Origin: Callorhinchus milii
Taxonomy: Eukaryota
Assembly (NCBI RefSeq): GCF_018977255.1
Contig: NW_024704743.1
Location: 54,128,001 to 54,192,000 of the forward strand
DNA length: 64,000 nt
Direction of reading: 5' to 3'
Position 1 is the stretch's first letter. Every line of letters starts with the position of its first letter. Of this stretch, positions 1-9,695 are shown piece after piece. The notes below the pieces were generated by a model, which saw only the letters and a program-made list of their open reading frames with translations, did not search any database and was not told the origin of the DNA. The position numbers were made by a program, and so were the translations under genes.

Positions 1-144
1 GATCAGTTGCAATTTGTTTCCTCAATGACATGGTGTGAAAGCTAATTTCATGCAACATTTCCACAGAGCTAGCATTTGAAGTAGAACAGTGAAATAAATA
101 ACAATAGATTATTTCCTGCAACCTGTATGGCTCTTATTGTCATA

Positions 145-1065
145 ATAAGATGTCTCAAGGCACTGGATAGACAGAGTGTCGGACCTGAACCGGGGGGCGG
201 GGTCGGGGCGGGTGGAGGGAGGGGGAAGTAGGGAGATCGAAAGCACGGTCGAAGAGGAGGGTCTTGAGATGGGTCTTGAAGGTGGCGAGGGAGGGGGTGA
301 GGCAGTAGGACTACGGGATGGAGTTCCAGAGGGTGGGTCCAGAGTGGCAGAAGGCCCACCCGCCAATAGTGGGGCGAGTGAGGCGGGGGACGTGAAGCAG
401 GCCGGAACCGCTGAGCGGAGGAAGCGCACAGGATGGTAGGTTGTTAGGAAGTCACAGAGGTAGGGGGGAGCAAGACCATGGAGGGCTCTGAAGGTGAGGA
501 ACAGGTTTTGGACTGTATACTCTGCGTGATGGGAAGCCAGTGGAGTTGGATGACGATGGGGGTGATAGGGTCACGGAGTCTGGTGCGGGGGAGACACTCT
601 GAGATGCCGTCCGGCGTGGAGGGCGCTATATAAATCCAAGTTGTTGTTGTTGTTGAGAGGACACACGCTCCAGAGTCCTGGATGATCTGCAGCCTATAGA
701 GGGAGGAGTTGGGGAGGCCGACAAGCGGGGAGTTTGCATAGTTGAGCCTCGATGTAATGAAAGCGTATATTAGGGTCTCGGCGGCCTGCGGTGTGAGACA
801 GTGGCAGAGCCGGGCGATGTTGGGGAGGTGGGGGAAGGCAGAACGGGTCATGGCGCAGATGTGGGGTAAAAAGGATAGTTGAGGGTCAAACAAGACCCCA
901 AGATTCCGGACTGGCTCAGTGAGGTGGAGTGTGTAACCGTGGATAGTGATGCTGACACTGCCTGAGGTGAGGAGGTGCTGTCGGAAGCCAATCAGGAGAG
1001 CCTCGGTCTTGTTGACTTTCAACTGAAGAAAGTTAGCTCTCATCCAGGACTTGATGTCTGACACA
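145..1065 (-). mobile_element. L2 LINE 3' portion, interrupted by a short plus-strand L2 tail (594-654)
   Basis: ORF2 C-terminal peptides ([40 protein letters not shown]). The internal insert ends in (GTT)n. Confidence 0.9.
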
Positions 1066-1089
1066 CATTCTGTTAGGCCAACATTGGTG

Positions 1090-1440
1090 TCAAAGCACTT
1101 CTGTAAAAAGTGTAGTGACTGTAATTGCAAATGTAGACAAACACAGCAGCCAATTTGCACACAGCAATGTCCTGAAAACAGTTATGAAGTGAATGACCAA
1201 TTTTATTTTTACCTGAAGGACTGTTGGCGAGGACACTGAGAGAAACTGCTTTCATTTTTTGAATAGTGTTGCAGGATCTTTAATATCTAACAGGCAGATG
1301 GAACCTCGTTTTAACGTTTCATCTGAAAGATGTTACCTCAGACAATGCAATTCCCCACTGTCTAGACTATGAGCTCAACGTCATGCTTGAACCCACAACC
1401 TTCTGACCCAGTGGCGAGAGTGCTACCAACTGAGTCAGTC
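1090..1440 (-). mobile_element. Old tRNA-derived Deu-domain SINE (SacSINE1-like)
   Basis: Reverse complement of the CTCAGTTGGTAGCACTCTCGCC...GAAGGTTGTGGGTTCAAG head and the GCTGTGTGCAAATTGGCTGCTG Deu core. Confidence 0.7.
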
Positions 1441-3304
1441 TAAATAACAGTATATCATTTACAACTGCAAGAAAACATTTTCAGGCATATAATAAAATCA
1501 TAATTGCTAAAGTCATCTTTTTTTTGCAGGAGAGAATAACAATAGGTGCAAATGACTGACTAACTTAAAAGGGCTGCTTTTCGTGCTTAAAGATGTTTTC
1601 AGATCATCGGGATGACAGTAGTTTTCACATTTCTTGCATTTTTGTTTGAATCCGGATATTTCTATTATGTAGACAGCAGGCAGATGGGATTTCTGACCTC
1701 AACAAAGGATTGAAATTTCTCACTGAATGCTCTTAGAAACCTGGTTATGCTAACTGATGATTTATCTAATGCATGAGGGATGGCTCAAAGTTCCTCACAA
1801 ATGATGATGAACTCTTCAAATCGCTATCCTCATTCGCACCAAATTCCGTATGCTCATTCTCCCAAAGGATCAACTTCAACCTCTACACCCTCACCTGTAA
1901 ATCCCCTTACGTGCTAGCATTACACCATGGTATAGCGCTGTGATCTTCTCTCGCCCCACTTTTCTACTTATCCCCTTCATGCAACTAACTCAGGCCTGTT
2001 GAGTGTTTTGCTCCTACTGAGTCATCATTAATGGCCGAGCCCTCAGTAACAATACCCCTAACCTCCCTCTAACCCTCCGTCTCGCCTGCTTTCTATTGCC
2101 GAAATATCTACCTTTTCGACCATGCCTAAGGTCACCTCTCCCTCCTCCCTTTGCTCAGGTTCTGACGCCGTCTGTCTTTGTGAAGCACTCAGAGACTATC
2201 CTATGTGAAGGGAGCTATACAAATATAAGGTGCTGTTTCGCCTGCAAAATATAGTCAATTCACTTTGCGCTATATTCTATGAAGCATCTCACACATGAGC
2301 CATCTCCACAAAGTGATAAGGCGCTGTATTAAATGCGGATTTTATTAGTATTACTAGTTATTTTTGTTTTAATAAATTCTCTGACAAAAGGATTTCCAAA
2401 TAGTTAGACAAATTTTAAATAACAGCAAAAGAGCGAAAGGAAACAGTTACTGTTACATTGTTGCATTAAATGGTTCATTAAACAAGTATAGTAATTAAAA
2501 AATCAGATCCCAGAAAAAAAATATTTTCTGAAATCTTATGAGAAAATCCACTAACAAATTGAAGAGATCAGTTTTTCATTATTCAATCTACAGAGAAAAC
2601 TAAGATATTACGTCGCCCTTGAACCAATCACATAAAAAATTAACAGAGTCCTTTGTTAGTTATAACAGTTTTAACCATACAGTGCTTTGCGTTTTTTTAT
2701 TGAGTTTTATTACAGCAAAGTTATGACTTCATTAATAACAGAAATGTGTTCCATAATTTCTTTACTTTCATATACAAGGTGAGTCAACTCCCATCCCAGT
2801 TAGCACAGTGTAATAATAGCCATAATTCAATGCAAATAACATTAAAGCGAGATTCTCATTTTGAAAGGCTACAAAAATGTGGAATGTGAGAAAAGAAGTC
2901 AACTCACAATGGTGCATGAGGTGATATTCCTCCAGCCTTGAGTTATGGTATATTGTGAGTGTGAAAGAACATTGCCTAGCATAAAAACTCAACTACCCCC
3001 ACCAACAATTCAGCTACACAGAAACAAATATGAAAAATATATTTTAAAATTGAATAACTGAATAAAATGCCAATACCTTCCTTAGCCTAACACACTGTGA
3101 GAATTCAATTCATCAATTTAAATTTGTATTTTCAGTAAACACAACAGTTTCAATCAAAATAAATTATTAATACATGAGAATGCTTAATCAGAGCCCAAGG
3201 AGAAAAAAGGGGAACAGTTGTACAGTATTTATTTCACTGGGGAGGGGGTAGAAAAGGTAAGACATGCTTGGCAACGAGATGTCAGAATCAAATGTGTGTT
3301 AGCT

Positions 3305-3750
3305 TAGGTGGGTCCGCAATTTTCCTGGCTAATGGAAGACCAGCCAGCTTGGAGCATCAGACTGGTCACTGGGTACAGTGGATTTTCCCATTCGGTTCTT
3401 GTTAACCTCATGAGTAGGGTCATCCAAGTTGAACAAACAGTGGGAAGGATGCCAGATTGGAATCTCAACAGCAAACTTTGCGGTCTTAGCTGGTTAGACT
3501 CCAGCAGTAACCCAATGAACAGTGTGGGGTCTCCAAACCTTGGCTCTTCCCAACCTGTACCTAAGACTCTCCAGAATTAGGTAAACAGCATATGTCTCTC
3601 CAGGGAGAGAGTGTGCATTTCATTCAATACACAGAGACATTTCCATGTGCAGATGGCACACATATGGGGAACTCACAGTCTGCTTTCAATACACTTAAAC
3701 ATGATAATGGGTTTTCCACATGTGTCGGATACCTCGGATACCCAGCTAAC
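3305..3750 (+). mobile_element. Unclassified ~450-bp interspersed repeat, copy ending in an A-rich tail
   Basis: Similar to 4070-4325, 27385-27680, 38640-39065, 49593-50058, 57760-58572, 60700-60930 and 61820-62124. Confidence 0.7.
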
Positions 3751-3796
3751 CCCTCAAAAAGAAACGGGCTATTAATTTATTTGAAGGATCACTCAC

Positions 3797-3940
3797 CTCT
3801 TCAACCAAAGGGATTATTTGATTAAGTGGTGTGCCAGACAAGTGCCCAAACTGCAGACCTCTTCTATAATTGTCTTTTAGAATGGGGTCTCGCGTTCTCT
3901 TCACTGCATAGACAACTTTACTTTTAAAATTTGACGGTAA
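3797..3940 (-). CDS. DNAH11: DNAH11 coding exon 2 (gene continues beyond the window start)
   Basis: Acceptor tatttttcag, donor GAG|gtgagt, 144 nt, phase 0-0. LPSNFKSKVVYAVKRTRDPILKDNYRRGLQFGHLSGTPLNQIIPLVEE fits the N-terminal region of DNAH9/11/17-type chains. Confidence 0.88.
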
Positions 3941-6825
3941 CTGAAAAATAAATAAGGCATTATTAGATACAAAGACATACATGAATTACTTCATTTTAAA
4001 ATGTTTATAAATATACGTCCTGTAGTATGCAGAGTGTTACAACTGTACACATAATGGAGTATTATGCATTCCACCACAAAGCTTGCCAAACAATGCTCTG
4101 TGCAACAAGCTACTGCATGTGGTTTTAGCCGGTTAGACTCCAGCAGTACCCCAACGCACACTCTGGGGTCCCCAAGCTTTTACAAGAATTACTTTTACAA
4201 GAATTAGGTAAAGCAAGATGAGCCCCTCTTGGCAGATAGTGTGTATTGTATTCCAGACACAGGGAAATTTTCATGTGGAGGGGGCAAACATACATGAAAC
4301 TCTCGGTGTGGTTTAGATACTCTTAATAATAATAATAAAACTTACATTTGGTATAGCACCTTTCATGGTGGGAAGGGTCCCAAAATACTTCACAGGGTAT
4401 ACTGTATGCTGTACAATTTCTGATTTGTGATAATTTTTCTGCATCAACATTATTAGATACAAAGACAAACATACAATAAATGCTTTATTTTAAAATGTTT
4501 ACAAATATAAGTCCCGTTATTTCAAAACGACTGATATATCTCTGGTACAGCAGTTAATTTTTCTTGGGTAAAAAAAATTCAAATCAAAGAGAATTTATAT
4601 AAAACACATTCCCAATTGTGCCTGTGTTTTGTGGGTGAACGTGGAAGCCAATTTGCACACAGCGATGTCTCACAAATGGCCATGAAGTGATGGATTTCTG
4701 CATATGTCAGACACCTAGATGACCCGCGCCAAAAAACGTTCCAAAACAGTTTGTTGCTTCATTCTACACAATTCAGGGCATTTCTTTTTGTCAAAGAATA
4801 CAATATTGAGACACAGTTAAAAAGTGGCCATTTGTATAGCTAACATGTTCTCAACAAAGGAACTTTTGTATTCTGCCACTGTCTCTCTTACAACTTATAC
4901 AATTTAAACAAGATATCCACACTGAGAATTAGACTAATGTGGAATGTAATAACAGAGTCCGATGAATCATGTGTTACACATTGGATATACCAAATTATCA
5001 ATGTAAATATTACCAAAAGCAATATATAATTTTTGATTTGTGATATTAAAGAATTTTTCTGCATCCAACATTATTAGATACAATGACATATAATAATAAC
5101 AACAACAACAAATTACATTGGTTTATCGCCTTTCACATCAGGAGGACATCCCAAGGCACTGGATATTTAGGGATTTGGATCTGAGTTGGGGGATCAGGAG
5201 GGGTGGAGGGCAGGGTGGGTAGAGGTAGGAGGGTGACTGAAGGCACAAATGAAGAGAAGCGTCTTAAACTAAAATACCTGATCTATTTTAAAATGTTTAG
5301 ATGTATAAGTCCTTTTATTTTAAATAGGTTGACATATCTCTGGTGCTGCAGTCAATTTTCTTGGTAAAAGAAAATCAGATTACAGGATAGTCAAGAAGAA
5401 TTTATACAGAACACAATACCCAATTGTTATTTTACTTTGCACCATTTTTAGTCAAGCTCTATAGTTTCCTGGAACTTTAAAATATGTATAATTTTCCACA
5501 TGAAATCATAGAAAGTCTACAACAGAAGACTTGTCTGTACTGGTGCAAGCTCACCCATGACCACTTAATTCAAAAACAACGTTAGTGCTGCATTTAGTAT
5601 TTACTGTAACTTGCAATGCAAGAGTAAATCTATGAGTGTAATCCAATATACAGATTTAGAGGCAAATTGCTTGAAATTTATGACATTATCGAAATCCCTC
5701 AGTTGGATTCTGCAGCTATATCAATCCTTCCTGCTTTTCATTTGAGGGTTTTGGTAAATTCTTTGGTGAAACAACCTTGGAAAAGCAACTTGTTGTTGTT
5801 AGTCCTGGATTGGTCAATCACCTCACCCTTAATTTGTGTTCAGTGTTTTTAGATAATTGTGTACATGTTTATGGGATCATAGAAAGTTTACAACACTAAG
5901 CAGACCATTGGGAATCACGTCTGTGCTTAACTCTTACTGAAGCCATCTACTCCAGTCTGATTGCCCTGCACTGCCTACATACCGTTCAATATTATTCTTC
6001 AAGGATTTAACCAGATCCCTTTCAAATACTATTATTCTGCACAGCATTGTGCTGAGATAGTCCACTGTCTGTAAAACATATTTCTGCTGGTGTTAATCTT
6101 CAATTTACTGATCAATAGAAACAGTCTCTCACCTTTCAACTTTTCAGACATTCATCATTTCCAAAACTTCTACTTAATCCATCTTTCCTACCCCAATGTA
6201 GTCATCTCTCAAGGATGATTATTATTATTATCTCTGCTCATATGAAATACTTTGTTTATTTTCTAGTTTTGCTTTGTAATTTTGCATTCTCGGGAAGGAA
6301 GATTTCACGAAACTGAATTTTTATTCAAGTACTCGGGTTTCAAGTCGCGTAAAATTAAATTATTTAAAAAGTTCACCTGTGCAGGCAGATGTTTGACTGC
6401 AATAAATGTACAGTTACTACACTTTGCACTCAAATCATGTAAAACTCTTTCATATGTCCTCCAGACAGGAAAGGTATTGGATCAAATGTGAGGATTATTA
6501 TTATTTAAGGCAACAATCCCAGAAAGTTGACAGGAGCAAAGAGCAGCGTTACTTAAAAAGTAAAATAATCATCATCCCTGGATTTGGTATAGACCCTTTC
6601 AAGGCGTCTCAAAGCTCTTCACAAGATTTTACTGCAAAGTGTAGTGTAGTGACTGTGCATTGTGCTGCTCAATCAGATACAGGTGTATTTATTATTAACA
6701 ACAAGAATGTTTGCATTTGATACAGTCTCGCATCACACGGTGGGGACCTCGGAGTCCTTCACGGGGTTTCACGGGAAGGTGTAGTGACTGTGTCTGCTGC
6801 AGGAAGTGTAAGTTTGCAGACTTAC

Positions 6826-7050
6826 CTGCCAGGAGGCTGTGAGGAGGTTTGCTGAGCCCAGGGACCACACCAGCAGAGGCTCTCTGGACAGAAAGTCAGA
6901 GAGCATTGCCTGGTGCTCTGGGCTGGAGATGAACCTCAGCCACTTGTCTGCCTTCAGCCCCAGTGAGAGGACCACGCGCTCCGCAATGTAGCGCACCCGC
7001 TCGTCCTCCGCCAAACTTTCCGCACGGCTCTCTTCAGCCTCCTCTGCCAT
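6826..7050 (-). CDS. DNAH11: DNAH11 (axonemal outer-arm dynein heavy chain) coding exon 1
   Basis: MAEEAEESRAESLAEDERVRYIAERVVLSLGLKADKWLRFISSPEHQAMLSDFL...LLTASWQ resembles human DNAH11 RARSFAQDARVRFLGGRL...EKW...VLGEFL...LAASQE. Donor CAG|gtaagt, 225 nt, phase 0. Position next to SP4 favours DNAH11 over DNAH9/17. Confidence 0.88.
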
Positions 7051-7170
7051 CCTCCCTCCCTCCCTCCCCCTCCTCCACTCCCTCCTCCACCTCCCTCCAC
7101 TCCCGAGTCTTTCCCCTTCCCTAAAAGATATCGAAGGTAAAGTAAGAGTCTGCGGGAAAGTTCAAGGGCT

Positions 7171-7306
7171 GTTACCAGACGCGCAGCCCAGAGCCCACCA
7201 CCACCACCACCACCAGCAGCAGCAGCAGCACCACCAGCACCACCAGCAGCAGCAGCAGCAGCACCACCATGTGCAGCCTCGGCTCTGCTCTGGTTTCCTT
7301 GGGAAT
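7171..7306. promoter_or_regulatory. Candidate RFX X-boxes in the DNAH11 promoter
   Basis: GTTTCCTTGGGAAT (7293-7306) is one mismatch from GTTNCCNNGGNAAC; GTTACCAGAC (7171-7180) carries a strong half-site. Both lie 120-260 nt upstream of a motile-cilia gene ATG. Confidence 0.45.
7196..7270. repeat. Compound trinucleotide repeat (CAC)6(CAG)5(CAC)2CAG(CAC)2(CAG)6(CAC)2CAT
   Basis: Read directly from the sequence. Confidence 0.95.
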
Positions 7307-7369
7307 GTTGTACATAAAGACAGACAGACAGACAGAGAGGAAATGCCGCGTCTCACAACTCAACGTAGC

Positions 7370-7870
7370 TCAGCCCCCTTCCCCTGCCCAGCCCACCCCC
7401 CTCCCTCCACAGCCCCCTCCCCGCCACAGCCCCCTCCCCTGCCCAGCCCACCCACTCCCCCCCCTGCCCAGCCCAGCCCCTCCCTCCCCCTCCCCCTGCC
7501 CTGCCCCCCTCCCCCTGCCCAGCCCCCCCCCCTCCTCCCTCCCTCCACAGCCCCCTCCTCCCTCCCTCCCCCGGCCCAGCCCCCCCCCTCCCTCCCTCCC
7601 CCTGCCCAGCCCCCCCCCTCCCTCCCTCCCCCTGCCCAGCCCCCCCCCCTCCCTCCCTCCCCCTGCCAGCCCCCCCCTCTCCCTCCCTCCCCCTGCCCAG
7701 CCCCCCCCCCTCCCTCCCTCCCTCCACAGCCCCCTCCCTCCCCCCCTCCCCCTGTCCAGCCCCCCCTCTCCCTCCCTCCCCCTGCCCAGCCCCCCCCCTC
7801 CCTCCCTCCCTCCACAGCCCCCTCCCTCCCTCCCTCCCCCTGCCCAGCCCCCCCTCCCCCTGCCAGCCCA
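7370..7870. repeat. C-rich minisatellite (unit about 30 bp, CCCTGCCCAGCCCCCCCCTCCCTCCCTCC)
   Basis: Many degenerate tandem units; the minus strand consists of G-runs. Confidence 0.9.
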
Positions 7871-7894
7871 GTACAGTACAGTAGTACTACAAAT

Positions 7895-8213
7895 AATAAT
7901 AATAATCCTTGCATCTTGATATAGCGCTTTTCACGTCAGGAGGACGTCCCAAAGCGCTTCACAGAACACACTGTAAAGTGAATTGACTGTATATTTGTGG
8001 GCGAACGCGGCAGCCAATTGCGCACAGCAATGTCCCATAAACAGTCATAGATTGAAAATGACCAATTTATTATTGTTTTTGTTTTTTTGGAGGGATTATT
8101 ATTAGGCTCTGTGTGGAGTAAGAAACTTGCCCAAGGTTTCGCCCTGTGCCTAGAATTGAACTCAGGTCTCTCGCTTGCAAAGCGAGTGCTCTAACCACTG
8201 AGCTACAGGACTC
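7895..8213 (-). mobile_element. tRNA-Ala-derived Deu SINE with L2-type tail (SINE2-1_CM-like)
   Basis: Head GAGTCCTGTAGCTCAGTGGTTAGAGCACTCGCTTTGCAAGCGAG, Deu core GCTGTGCGCAATTGGCTGCCGCG, tail ...GACGTGAAAAGCGCTATATC..(ATT)n. Confidence 0.88.
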
Positions 8214-8717
8214 CACAAATCATGTTTCATAAGGTAAACAAGGTGCGACCTTAGGGTATGTAGGGCAAGAGGCAGTGAATCTCCAAAGCTGAAGTAACTT
8301 CACCAAACGGTAACATTTCTGTACGTGCATCACCTGTAGTGAAGTCAGCCACTAATGGGAGTTCCCATTGCAGTCATACACCTCTAAAGATGCTATGTGT
8401 TACACTGAAAGATTTAATAACCCATATATAAGGAGCAGATACAGTAAACTCCAGATAGCTCATCACTCCAAGGGAAAGGGGCTCAGTGATCAGTTAGCCC
8501 AAGTGTCAAGTCAGGCATATATAAATGCATAAATAAATGTGACCAGGAATATTGACCTCGTGATAACTTACGTGGTAGTGCGAAGTTAAGGCAGGGTCGA
8601 GTTATCGGGAGTTTACTCTAGATGATTTCTTCAGGAAGGAGAGCTTGAAAAGATTTTTTTAAAAAGCTAACTTTCCAAGAGAGGACAGTATTAGAGCTTA
8701 TTGCTCTAATTGTTAGA

Positions 8718-9031
8718 TAATAATAATAATAATCCTTGCATTTGATATAACGCTTTTCACATCTTCTAGACGTCTCAAAGCGCTTCACAGAATAGACTGT
8801 AAAGTGAATTGACTGTATATTTGTGGGAGAAACGCGGCAGCCAGTTGTGCACAGCAGTGTCCCACAAACAGTCATGGATTGAAAATGACCAATTTATTAT
8901 TGGTTTTTTTTGAGGGATTATTATCAGGCATGTGGAGTAAGGAAATTTGTTCAAGGTTTTGCCCTGCCGGGAATCGAACCCAGGTCTCTCGTTTGCAAAG
9001 CGAGCGCTCTAACCACTGAGCTACAGGACTC
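8718..9031 (-). mobile_element. tRNA-Ala-derived Deu SINE, full length
   Basis: Same head, core and tail as 7895-8213. Intact A box TAGCTCAGTGG and B box GGTTCGATTCC. Confidence 0.88.
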
Positions 9032-9194
9032 AATGAATTATGTTATCAGTCCCTAGAATCTGTCCATTCAGTCGTGGTGTGTGAGGACATCAGAGTAAAT
9101 GGACAACAGTGCAGTTGTGGGAGGTCAATTAAGCAGTGCATTGCATAACCCTAATGTGTGTTTGTAATAATGTTATTACAACATTATTTCAGCC

Positions 9195-9390
9195 ACTATG
9201 CCCCGAAACTTTGGAACACGCTCCCTCTCCCCTTTTCAGGTTCCACCTGAAGACCTTCCTTTTCAACTGTGCTTTCGCCAATCTCCCCCCATCCCCACCC
9301 CCCAGTTCGGAGTCAAGCTCTGCCACTGTTAAGCGCTCTGAGGTGCTACCCTGTGTGGAGAGTGCTATATAAATACAAGTTATTGTTGTC
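9195..9390 (+). mobile_element. L2 3' end fragment
   Basis: Encodes FRFHLKTFLFNCAF, followed by the L2 tail AAGCGCTCTGAGG...GAGAGTGCTATATAAAT..TTGTTG. Confidence 0.75.
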
Positions 9391-9406
9391 ATACCATTTC
9401 CTTTCA

Positions 9407-9695
9407 ACAACAAGATATCATTTATAGAGCGCCTTTCACGTCGGGAGGACGTCCCAAGGCACTGTACAGTTGGGTCGGGACCCGAGCAGGGGGGAAATGG
9501 TCAGGGTGAGGGGAGGGAAAGGAGGGAGCGAGGAAGGGGTAGAGAGTCGAGAGGGGAGCTGAAGGCACGGTTGAAGAGAAAGGTCTTGAGACCGGCCTTG
9601 AAGGAGGAAAGGGAGGAAGCAAGGCGAAGGCACTGGGGGATGGAGTTCCAGAGCCTAGGGGCTGAGAGGCTGAAGGCCCGGCCACCGATGGACAG
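9407..9695 (-). mobile_element. Young L2 3' end fragment
   Basis: Encodes IGGRAFSLSAPRLWNSIP...FKAGLKTFLFNRAF. Near-identical to 45285-45555. Confidence 0.9.

Noticed and set aside
1..3796. DNAH11 exon 3
   Set aside because: No frame resembling the expected continuation was found; it probably lies outside the window.
7269..7924. Pro-rich and Gly-rich ORFs of 124-217 aa
   Set aside because: They are translations of the C-rich minisatellite.
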